Sequence record: OR805293.1
Strand: one strand, 5' to 3'
Length of the DNA: 64,000 nt
In this document: positions 28,216-36,649 of the stretch, one piece after another
How the letters are laid out: every line of letters begins with the position of its first letter
Numbering within the stretch: position 1 is the first letter of the stretch
Program-made: the position numbers and the translations under genes
The notes under the pieces: generated by a model
What the model saw: only the letters and a program-made list of their open reading frames with translations
What the model was told of the DNA's origin: nothing
Databases searched by the model: none

Positions 28216-29890
28216 AGAATATTATCAGTCATACGCAAAAGAATTAAAAAAGAATAATAAGAAAGAATACAATCGTATTCTTTCTTTGTATGAGCCCGTA
28301 TTTGATAAATGGGTTGCATTCAAGTATTATATAGAAGGAATATCGCCGCCTGTATGTAAAGAATGTGGTAATAGAATAACTGTTTCGGCAAAACAAGCAG
28401 AATATCACACAGAATGCAAATATAATAAACACAAGTATTCATTTGATAAATTTATAAAATGCATAGATGATGACCAATACATATATTGTGTGTGGAATGG
28501 ATATATTCCGACATCTGACAATATAACATACAGATGCACTAAACACGGCATAATTGTTCAAAAACTTAGTTCTAGACTAAAAGGTCACAAATGCCAAAAA
28601 TGTTCAGCTGAGCGTAAAGTAAGTCTAGATAACTTTAATAACTGGAAAACGCAGTGTTCTAAAATACATAATAATTTTTATGATTATTCTGTATCTACTG
28701 ATTTTACATTCTTAACAAAAGATGTATCTATTAAATGTCCAATACATGGAATATTTAAACAAAAAGCAAACGTCCATCAATCAGGTCACGGTTGTAAAAA
28801 ATGCTCGTTCGAAGCTATCGGTCATAAATTATCATATGACACCGATTCTTTTATAGAAAGAAGTAATAACGTTCATAATAATTTTTATGACTATACCAAA
28901 ACTATATACACTAACATTAGAGATAAAGTTGTTATAACATGTCCGATACACGGCGACTTTAACCAGATAGCATATTATCATACTGCCGGGCACGGTTGTC
29001 AGAAATGCGGTTTAGATAAAGTAGCAGAAACTACATATAGATCTAAGGCAGAAATAGAAATATTCGATTTAGTTAAATCTTATTGCTCAGATACAATTCA
29101 TTCATACAATAAATTTGGGTTCGAATTAGACATATATGTTCCTAGTAAAAATCTTGCAATAGAATATAATGGACTTTATTGGCATTCTTCTAAACACATA
29201 GAAACTGATCAAAAATATAAAACATACCATCTTGATAAAACCACTACATGTGAACAAAATAATATCCAATTATTACACATTTTCGACAACGAATGGCATA
29301 CTAAAAAAGATATATGGATCTCGGTAATAAAAAATAAACTAGGTTTATCTAATAAAATATATGCAAGAAAAACAGAAATTAAAGAAGTTAAGTTCGATGA
29401 TGCAAAGCAATTCGCCGAAACGAATCATTTGCAAGGTCATGCACAATTTCGGCATGCATACGGATTGTATTATTCGGATCAATTAGTTTCTTTATTAACA
29501 ATTGCAAAGCCCAGGTTTAATAAAAATGCAAACTGGGAAATAGTAAGATTTTGTAACCTAAATAACACAAGTGTAATAGGTGGGTTTTCTAAATTATTAA
29601 AGGTAGTTTCTTGTAATTTTACAGGCAAGATAGTATCATATGCAAATAGGCGCTGGTCCGTAGGAAACGTTTATGAAAAAAACGGATTTGCTAAAACTTC
29701 AATAATAGCTCCTGGATTTTATTATACTGACTTCAAAGATACATATAATAGGTTATCTTTCTCTAAAGACAAGGCAAAAGTTAAATTAAAAAATTATAAT
29801 AATTCAGTTAGCGTAGTAGAAAATATTTACGCAAACGGATATGGCAGGATTTGGGATTCAGGAAATATTGTTTATACAAAGGATTTATAA
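28208..29890 (+). CDS. Free-standing homing endonuclease (Zn-finger repeats, Vsr/EDxHD-like nuclease, Mom/GNAT-like C-terminal domain)
   Basis: CxxHG...H..GHGCxxC repeats; ELDIY...AIEYNGLYWHS; WEIVRF...IVSYANRRWS.G.VY..NGF; sits between the intein halves. Confidence 0.8.
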   Translation: MNKEYYQSYAKELKKNNKKEYNRILSLYEPVFDKWVAFKYYIEGISPPVCKECGNRITVSAKQAEYHTECKYNKHKYSFDKFIKCIDDDQYIYCVWNGYIPTSDNITYRCTKHGIIVQKLSSRLKGHKCQKCSAERKVSLDNFNNWKTQCSKIHNNFYDYSVSTDFTFLTKDVSIKCPIHGIFKQKANVHQSGHGCKKCSFEAIGHKLSYDTDSFIERSNNVHNNFYDYTKTIYTNIRDKVVITCPIHGDFNQIAYYHTAGHGCQKCGLDKVAETTYRSKAEIEIFDLVKSYCSDTIHSYNKFGFELDIYVPSKNLAIEYNGLYWHSSKHIETDQKYKTYHLDKTTTCEQNNIQLLHIFDNEWHTKKDIWISVIKNKLGLSNKIYARKTEIKEVKFDDAKQFAETNHLQGHAQFRHAYGLYYSDQLVSLLTIAKPRFNKNANWEIVRFCNLNNTSVIGGFSKLLKVVSCNFTGKIVSYANRRWSVGNVYEKNGFAKTSIIAPGFYYTDFKDTYNRLSFSKDKAKVKLKNYNNSVSVVENIYANGYGRIWDSGNIVYTKDL

Positions 29891-30145
29891 ATGCATAATC
29901 TAACAAAACACCTTTTAGGTGTATTTTCTGCAAAAACAGAAGACGAAGAATATAAAAGTGCAAAAAGAGCGCTAGAAGAATTAAACAAAAATATAAAAGA
30001 AAGAGATCCTAATAAATTTAATGTGTCTTTAGGAAAGGTATCTAAAGTAACTAATTTAGGAAAAAAGAAACAATATGTATACGATATAGGGATGAAAAAT
30101 CCCGATAATCCGTATTTCTTTGGAAATAATATATTAGTTCACAAT
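29891..30145 (+). mobile_element. Split intein C fragment (85 aa incl. ~44-aa N-terminal leader)
   Basis: YVYDIGM (block F) ... YFFGNNILVHN (block G, penultimate His, terminal Asn), followed by Ser+1. Confidence 0.93.
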
Positions 30146-31030
30146 TCTTGCTATTTTACTGCATGGCCTGCAGTAAAAGACCTTGTAGAATCTGGCGAAA
30201 TGGAATGGGATAAAGATACTGTCATTAAATTATACGACAACGTTTCGTCGCAAGTAAGTGATACATTTCCGGAATTTTTAAAACAAACATTTAATGTTCC
30301 ATACAAAAACTCAGAAGGTGTTATTAAGTCGGGTAGGGAAATTGTAGCTACTTCTGGTCTTTTTATTAAAAAGAAACGTTATGCTGCTATGATGTATGAT
30401 AAAGAAGGTACTAGATACGACGACGAAAACAGCCCAGGAAAAGTAAAAGCAATGGGTCTGGACCTACGTCGGTCAGATACGCCTAAATTTGTCCAAACAT
30501 TCCTTATGGAAATTCTAGTTATGGTGCTAACACATAAAACAGAAGATGAAGTAATAGAATATATTCGAGAATTTAAAAAAGAATTTAATAAAATGAAACC
30601 GTGGGAAAAGGGAATGCCAAAAGGCGTCAACGGTATCAGTACATATGAAGATAAATTAGAAGAACACATGAATAAAAAGTTAGCAGGAAGAGAGTCTAGA
30701 ATCACTGTCCCCGGTCACGTGTCTGCTGCGATGAATTGGAATAAACTAAAGCTTATCAATAAAGACCTACATACTCCTAAAATCTCAGATGGTCAAAAAT
30801 GTGTTGTTTGTTATTTAAAAGAAACCGCAGACAATCATTTTACTAGTATAGCATATCCTGTAGATGAATTGCACTTACCAGAATGGTTTACGTCTTTGCC
30901 ATTTGATGAAGATTTAATGAGAGAAAAAGTAGTAGATAACAAAGTTAAGAACCTTTTAGGTATTCTAAAATGGGATTTTAGTAAAACAGAAGAAGCTGCT
31001 GCACACTTTGATTCGCTGTTTGGTTGGTAA
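29891..31030 (+). CDS. polB: Split-intein C fragment fused to C-terminal part of family B DNA polymerase
   Basis: After HN: SCYF completes YGDTD|SCYF; KKKRYA and KAMGLDLRRSDTP thumb motifs. Confidence 0.95.
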   Translation: MHNLTKHLLGVFSAKTEDEEYKSAKRALEELNKNIKERDPNKFNVSLGKVSKVTNLGKKKQYVYDIGMKNPDNPYFFGNNILVHNSCYFTAWPAVKDLVESGEMEWDKDTVIKLYDNVSSQVSDTFPEFLKQTFNVPYKNSEGVIKSGREIVATSGLFIKKKRYAAMMYDKEGTRYDDENSPGKVKAMGLDLRRSDTPKFVQTFLMEILVMVLTHKTEDEVIEYIREFKKEFNKMKPWEKGMPKGVNGISTYEDKLEEHMNKKLAGRESRITVPGHVSAAMNWNKLKLINKDLHTPKISDGQKCVVCYLKETADNHFTSIAYPVDELHLPEWFTSLPFDEDLMREKVVDNKVKNLLGILKWDFSKTEEAAAHFDSLFGW

Positions 31031-31052
31031 TCAAAAACTATACTTTGTACAC

Positions 31053-31081
31053 TTGCATTATGAAAATATTTAATGTATAAT
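31053..31081 (+). promoter_or_regulatory. sigma70-type promoter
   Basis: TTGCAT-17bp-TATAAT. Confidence 0.75.
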
Positions 31082-31110
31082 TCACACACATCTTAGGAGA
31101 ATAATAAGTA

Positions 31111-31857
31111 ATGATTGTAGACAATTTAAAGGACGTAGTTCGTAACACTCACGGTTTAGGTTTTATAGATACTGTTAAAATTATCGGTTCTGTAAATGAA
31201 ACTAAATTAGAAGCTATGTCAACTAATAAAACTGTAGTTATGTACGGTTCTTTAAAAAAATCCATTCCGGGGTTAGACGATACTGTAGGTTTAAGCAGAA
31301 TGTCTGTACTGAGCGGAATGTTAAATTTCCCACCATATTCGGGAGATGATGCTGAAGTTTCTATTAAGAAACAAGAACGTAACGGTGAAGAAATTCCTGC
31401 AGAAATTGTATTTTCTTCTTCGACGGGTCACAAATCGTCGTACCGGTTTATGGCACGAGATACAGTAGATGAAGTGCTAAAAGTTCCGCCGTTTAGAGGA
31501 GTTGTGTGGGATATAGTTATTCAACCCACTAAGCAAGCGATGAAAGATCTTCAATATTTTAGTGCTGTATTGGGTTCTTATGAATCTAACTTTTTAGTTA
31601 AAGTAACAGACGGTGTTTTAGAATTCCACATAGGTACTGGTGCTACTAGCGACCGTACTGTTGTACCATTTGCAAAAGATGTCAAGAGCACATTACGCAA
31701 TAACTGGTCCTGGCCATTACCGGAAGTGTTAGCAATTCTAAAAAACGCAGATAGTGGAAAATGTACTATGTCTATTTCTAGTCAGGGTGCATTGATGATC
31801 GAACTCGACACTGGGCTAATAGAAGTTCAATATATTCTTCCTGCAAAAAGTGCATAA
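31111..31857 (+). CDS. Putative DNA polymerase sliding clamp (T4 gp45-like)
   Basis: 248 aa alpha/beta protein adjacent to polB, C-terminal YILPA; size and context fit a clamp. Confidence 0.55.
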   Translation: MIVDNLKDVVRNTHGLGFIDTVKIIGSVNETKLEAMSTNKTVVMYGSLKKSIPGLDDTVGLSRMSVLSGMLNFPPYSGDDAEVSIKKQERNGEEIPAEIVFSSSTGHKSSYRFMARDTVDEVLKVPPFRGVVWDIVIQPTKQAMKDLQYFSAVLGSYESNFLVKVTDGVLEFHIGTGATSDRTVVPFAKDVKSTLRNNWSWPLPEVLAILKNADSGKCTMSISSQGALMIELDTGLIEVQYILPAKSA

Positions 31858-31860
31858 ATA

Positions 31861-32121
31861 ATGATCTTACCTGCTCGTAAATTAGTTAAATTGCAATACT
31901 ATATTGTACAGGAATCTTACAATTCTATAGGTAGACCAATAACTACAGTTACTCTTGTATACAGAAAATATATATTTTTTACAAAGAAAGAAAAAATTAT
32001 ATTCGAGCGTATTAAGAAAACAGACAATTTGTATTATAAACAAGAATCCGAAAAAGAGTTGTGTGAACAACTAAGTGTATGGGCAAAAAGAACATTAAAA
32101 ATATATGATATAGGGCAATAA
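31861..32121 (+). CDS. Hypothetical protein
   Basis: 86-aa ORF in operon position. Confidence 0.55.
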   Translation: MILPARKLVKLQYYIVQESYNSIGRPITTVTLVYRKYIFFTKKEKIIFERIKKTDNLYYKQESEKELCEQLSVWAKRTLKIYDIGQ

Positions 32122-32132
32122 TTGCCCTATAT
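32108..32132 (+). terminator. Hairpin / terminator
   Basis: atatagggcaat-a-attgccctatat followed by Ts. Confidence 0.6.
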
Positions 32133-32193
32133 TTTTCATTTATAAATGAATTAACCTAAATACATATGCACTAAAGAATAATTAAGGAATATA

Positions 32194-33816
32194 ATGAAAA
32201 ATTTATCAAACAGTCAAAAAGATTATGCGATCTATTTGCCTGCAATTAGTGGGTTTTACACAAAACAATTAGACAGTTCTATTAACGATCCGTCTACAAG
32301 AAAAATACCTAGCTTTCCTAATGGATATAATACTCTTAATTTTTTAGATCCATCTAGCGATACATTCTTTTACGGGTATGGGTTATATTCTGCAGGCCAT
32401 GCAGAACTGTCTTTATCTAGAACTGATGCAAAAGAATGGATGATCCAAGCCAGGGACAAAACACAAACAACAGTTATTGCAGACTCGGGTGGTTTCCAGG
32501 TAGCTACCGGTGTAATTAAATTAAACTGGGATGATTTTAAAGGAGCTAGCGGAGATAAAATAAGAAATGAAATTTTAAAATGGTGTGAACATACCGCCGA
32601 CTGGTCAATGACACTAGATGTTCCTGCGTTTGCTGCTACTCCTCCGTACAGTTCAAAAACCGGTCTTAATAAATTTGAAGATACATTAGATTATTCTCTT
32701 CATAATTTACATTATTACATGAAGAACAGAACTCCTGGCGCAACTAAATTCCTTAGTGTATTATCGGGATCAGATGTAGATACATCTAAAATTTGGTACG
32801 ACAACGTAAAAGCATTTAGTGACCCAGCTAAAGTAGTAGAAATGGGATATCCGGCTAGTCATACACTCGAAGGGTATGCATTTGCTGGTATAAACATGAG
32901 AAATATGTATTGTGCTCTTTCTCGATTCTTAGATTTAATAGATGATAATATTATTTCAGATAAAAACTGGATACACTTTCTCGGACTAGGCAGGACTGAT
33001 TGGGCTTGTTTCTTAACATCTATTCAGCGAAATATAAGAAAACATTATAATCCCAATATTAACATAAGTTTTGACGCAGCTTCTCCGTTTGTTTCTGTGG
33101 CATACGGTCTTGCATATAACTATAATTATTTTAATCCCAAACGGTGGGGATATAATATGGATTCTGCTCCGGACAGCAGAGAGTTTAGTGATAAGGATAT
33201 TCCTATGCCGTTTATGAGTCCTATTATGGAAAAATTATCATTAAAAGACATATGTCCATATCACAATGGTTATGGTATAATAAATGGTGTTAAAAATGCA
33301 AACTTTACAAAAGAAGATGTAGAAACTGCTCTCAAAGAAGGAAAAGATGCAGAATACGTGCCACCGAGTGCAAATAAAAATGGTAAAGTAGGTAAAACCA
33401 GTTGGGATTCACTTAGTTACTTATTAATAATGAATCACAATGTTTACAATCATATAGCTGCAATCCAAGAATCTAATAGATTAGTTGATATAGAACGGTT
33501 GCGAGTTAAAGTAGATTACCGAGATTGGACTAGAGATAAAAAGAAAGGTACTATAGAAGTAAGTAATCACGTCCCTAGTTCGATTTTATATTTTGATCAT
33601 TTTGTAGAAGTATTGCTAGATCCGAGTACTCCTAATAAGCGACAATTATTAGAAGATTATAGACCTATGCTAGACAGCATTAGTTTCGGCAATTATAACT
33701 CAAACTCATTTAACAGTCTTTTTGATGTAGATGCTACTGCAATCGAAGATGAAAATAAATTTGCAGACATAAACGACGAAAAACTAACCGAATTAGAACA
33801 AGGATTAGACAATTAA
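32194..33816 (+). CDS. tRNA-guanine transglycosylase (TGT)-fold enzyme, probable DpdA-like DNA base-exchange protein
   Basis: ADSGGFQ, MTLDVP, HFLG, SFDAASP and HN motifs align with the TGT catalytic barrel; neighbours are preQ pathway genes. Confidence 0.75.
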   Translation: MKNLSNSQKDYAIYLPAISGFYTKQLDSSINDPSTRKIPSFPNGYNTLNFLDPSSDTFFYGYGLYSAGHAELSLSRTDAKEWMIQARDKTQTTVIADSGGFQVATGVIKLNWDDFKGASGDKIRNEILKWCEHTADWSMTLDVPAFAATPPYSSKTGLNKFEDTLDYSLHNLHYYMKNRTPGATKFLSVLSGSDVDTSKIWYDNVKAFSDPAKVVEMGYPASHTLEGYAFAGINMRNMYCALSRFLDLIDDNIISDKNWIHFLGLGRTDWACFLTSIQRNIRKHYNPNINISFDAASPFVSVAYGLAYNYNYFNPKRWGYNMDSAPDSREFSDKDIPMPFMSPIMEKLSLKDICPYHNGYGIINGVKNANFTKEDVETALKEGKDAEYVPPSANKNGKVGKTSWDSLSYLLIMNHNVYNHIAAIQESNRLVDIERLRVKVDYRDWTRDKKKGTIEVSNHVPSSILYFDHFVEVLLDPSTPNKRQLLEDYRPMLDSISFGNYNSNSFNSLFDVDATAIEDENKFADINDEKLTELEQGLDN

Positions 33817-34877
33817 TGAAAGTTATAATAATCCCAATCGAATCAATAGAAACTCGGTATACGTCAGAATGGAATACGTTTCTTAAACCGCAACTAGAAA
33901 AGTATATAAACGAATCCGGTCTCGATGCAGAAATAGTTCAAATTGATGTAGATTATGTTGACGAAGGCACCTCTGCGGGTGCCTTCCTTAACTTTGCAAA
34001 TACAAACATATTCAAATGCAATCAATTCATTAAATTAGCAAGTATAATAGAAACTTTAAACGATAACGATGTTGTTCTCTATACAGACGCATGGAATCCC
34101 ACAGTAGTTCAACTAAATTACATGCGATCGTTAATGAATAAAAAATTTAAAATAATGGGGTTGTGGCACGCCGGTTCGTATGATCCGCATGATTTTTTAG
34201 GAAGGCACTTTGATAAAAATTGGTCATATGAATTTGAAAGATCGTTATATAATATATATGATGTGAATTTCTATGCAACTAATTTTAGTAAAGATCTCAT
34301 GATAGATAACCTTTTTGGTAAAACAGCTAACATAAACAGACACGATATAGTAGGTTGGCCAATGGAATATTTAGTTGACCAACTTACACCTTCTACTAAC
34401 AAGACAGATACTGTATTATTTCCTCATCGAATTTCTCCGGAAAAACAACCAAATATATTTAAAAAATTAAGATCATTACTTCCTAACTACGAGTTTGTTT
34501 TTGCACAAGAAACTAAATTATCAAAGGCAGAATACCATACACTTCTTAAACGTTCTAAAATTGTCTTTTCGGCTTCGTTGCAGGAAACATTGGGTATAGG
34601 TTTCTACGAAGGTGCATTAGTCGGTGCAATTCCATTATTGCCTGACCGATTGTCTTATAAAGAAATGACAGAAAATGTAAAAAACAGAAATTTGTATGTA
34701 TATCCAAATGAATGGACTATTTCGGAAAATCTGGCAGACCTAAAAAATTTAGTTACCCTAATAGATTATACTATGCGTAATTATAATTTTATAGTAGAAG
34801 AAATGAAACTTAATTTACTGCCCGAATTAAACAAATATTATAACGGAACAGAGTTGTATAAAAGAATTTTAAAATAA
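33816..34877 (+). CDS. GT-B (GT4-like) glycosyltransferase
   Basis: HRISPEKQP and VFSASLQETLGIGFYEG..VGAIPLLPD (ExxGxxxxE motif); TAATG overlap with the TGT-like gene. Confidence 0.8.
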   Translation: MKVIIIPIESIETRYTSEWNTFLKPQLEKYINESGLDAEIVQIDVDYVDEGTSAGAFLNFANTNIFKCNQFIKLASIIETLNDNDVVLYTDAWNPTVVQLNYMRSLMNKKFKIMGLWHAGSYDPHDFLGRHFDKNWSYEFERSLYNIYDVNFYATNFSKDLMIDNLFGKTANINRHDIVGWPMEYLVDQLTPSTNKTDTVLFPHRISPEKQPNIFKKLRSLLPNYEFVFAQETKLSKAEYHTLLKRSKIVFSASLQETLGIGFYEGALVGAIPLLPDRLSYKEMTENVKNRNLYVYPNEWTISENLADLKNLVTLIDYTMRNYNFIVEEMKLNLLPELNKYYNGTELYKRILK

Positions 34878-34961
34878 TTTCCATTTAATATTCTGCATAC
34901 AATTTACATTTTAATACGAAAACATTATAATATTACAAAATTAAAAATAAGGATTATTTTT

Positions 34962-35339
34962 ATGGGAATTAAACGATGGATCGAAGTTCCTTTTCAGAAA
35001 GAAGGAATTCACATGTACCCGGGTGCAGATAGTAACCCTGCACTAGCTACAAATGATTGGAAAGATGTATCTTTTTTAGGATATCCTCATTTTCATTATT
35101 TTTATTTTACTGTTAAAATTGAAGTTTTTCATAATGAACGAGATATCGAATTTATTCAATTTAGACGGTTCTTAGAAAGACTGTATAGTGAATCTCTGCT
35201 AAAACTAGATGGTAAATCTTGTGAAACAATGGCAGAAGAATTATATGAACAAATTAACATTGTATATCCTAACAGGGACGTTGTGATTACAGTGGCAGAA
35301 GACAATATTAATAAAGCTGTTTTAGAATTTTTCAAATAA
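34962..35339 (+). CDS. QueD-like T-fold protein (possible DpdL-type paralogue)
   Basis: EGIH, LGYPHFHYF (HxH metal motif), SCE and VAED motifs; 125 aa. Confidence 0.65.
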   Translation: MGIKRWIEVPFQKEGIHMYPGADSNPALATNDWKDVSFLGYPHFHYFYFTVKIEVFHNERDIEFIQFRRFLERLYSESLLKLDGKSCETMAEELYEQINIVYPNRDVVITVAEDNINKAVLEFFK

Positions 35340-35353
35340 GCAAGGATGCTATT

Positions 35354-35614
35354 ATGTATAATAAACAACTGTCGGGAATATATACTACTACAACGATAAA
35401 CTCTATGCCAGCTAGCTACTCCGGATTAACGGATCTAGGCATGTATGATACAGAACTTTCAGTATTGAGGAAAAAGATAGAACAGATAGAAAAAATGTTG
35501 TGCATGTTAGAAGTAGATAAATTACTTTCAGAAAAATATCCTGCATTAAAATCTGCATATGACGAATACGAAGTCATATTATCTATCATAAACGGTACGG
35601 AGAAAAAAGAGTAA
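35354..35614 (+). CDS. Hypothetical protein
   Basis: 86 aa with coiled-coil IEQIEKMLCML...EKYPALKSAY. Confidence 0.6.
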   Translation: MYNKQLSGIYTTTTINSMPASYSGLTDLGMYDTELSVLRKKIEQIEKMLCMLEVDKLLSEKYPALKSAYDEYEVILSIINGTEKKE

Positions 35615-36133
35615 ATGGCAATGCGTGTCATTATTACTGGTTGTAACGGTTATGTTGGTAAAACAGTAAGCAAATACTATTATACATTAGGATATAATGT
35701 AGTGGGATTTGATTTAATTAATTCAAAAAATAGTTACATAACTAATTTTTATCAAACTAGCTATGCATCTAGTATCGCAGAAGATATAATACTCGAGTCT
35801 GATGCAGACACGCTTATTCATTGTGCTGTAGAAAAAAGCAATACATTACAACAACATTTCTACCACAATAGTATTCAATTTATAAACTTATTATCAGTAT
35901 TAAAAAATACTTCTATAAAAGAAATAATAGTATTTAGAAATAAAAGTGCAGAAAATAATGATGCCTTTTTAAAACTCTCTAATAACACTAATAAAGACTA
36001 TTTAGAAGAATTTTCTAAATCGACAGGAATTAATTCAAAAATATATAATTTGTTAGATAAGAATAATGAACAACACATTATAGAATTAGTACAACCGTAT
36101 TTAGAATTAAGTAAACACTTTTATATATTTTAA
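35615..36133 (+). CDS. Truncated/degenerate NAD-dependent epimerase-dehydratase (possible pseudo-enzyme)
   Basis: ITGCNGYVG Rossmann motif and IHCA, but only 172 aa and no recognisable YxxxK catalytic motif. Confidence 0.6.
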   Translation: MAMRVIITGCNGYVGKTVSKYYYTLGYNVVGFDLINSKNSYITNFYQTSYASSIAEDIILESDADTLIHCAVEKSNTLQQHFYHNSIQFINLLSVLKNTSIKEIIVFRNKSAENNDAFLKLSNNTNKDYLEEFSKSTGINSKIYNLLDKNNEQHIIELVQPYLELSKHFYIF

Positions 36134-36144
36134 GGAGATATTAT

Positions 36145-36579
36145 ATGTACGATAAAAATTTTGTATCAATGGATCAAATGCCAGTTATTGTCAGTGACTT
36201 GGTTAGTGATATAGACGAAGCAGGAATTTCTCCTAAAGTTATTATTGCTATTAGCAAAGGTGGACTAATTCCTGCCACTATGATTAGCTATTATTATGAT
36301 TGCCCCATTGTAACATACGATCCGGTAGAAGATTGTTTTAGTACAAATAATGACATAAGTTCTGAATGCATTATCGTAGATGATGTTATCGATACAGGCA
36401 ATACTGTAAATTCTGTTATTTCTTTGTTAGAAGACGAATTCTTTTTTACGAAAGAAGACATTAGTAAAATTAGAGTAGCATCAATATTTGCAACAAGAAA
36501 TAATACAATTGTAGATTTTTATCATGATGAAATAAGTTACCATGATTCGGTAAGTTTTGAATTTAAACAATTTATTTAA
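36145..36579 (+). CDS. Type I (purine) phosphoribosyltransferase
   Basis: IAISKGGLIPATMISY and the PRPP-binding loop IIVDDVIDTGNT. Confidence 0.85.
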   Translation: MYDKNFVSMDQMPVIVSDLVSDIDEAGISPKVIIAISKGGLIPATMISYYYDCPIVTYDPVEDCFSTNNDISSECIIVDDVIDTGNTVNSVISLLEDEFFFTKEDISKIRVASIFATRNNTIVDFYHDEISYHDSVSFEFKQFI

Positions 36580-36649
36580 TATAAAGTTATTCTTTACTTT
36601 TAGTATGATTGCGTTTATAATGTATATTATAAAATAAAGCGGATTATGT

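Noticed and set aside
25804-31030. polB as a pseudogene or a group I intron-split gene
   Set aside because: Both halves are intact with complete intein motifs, and the ORFs abut with no non-coding space for ribozyme structure.
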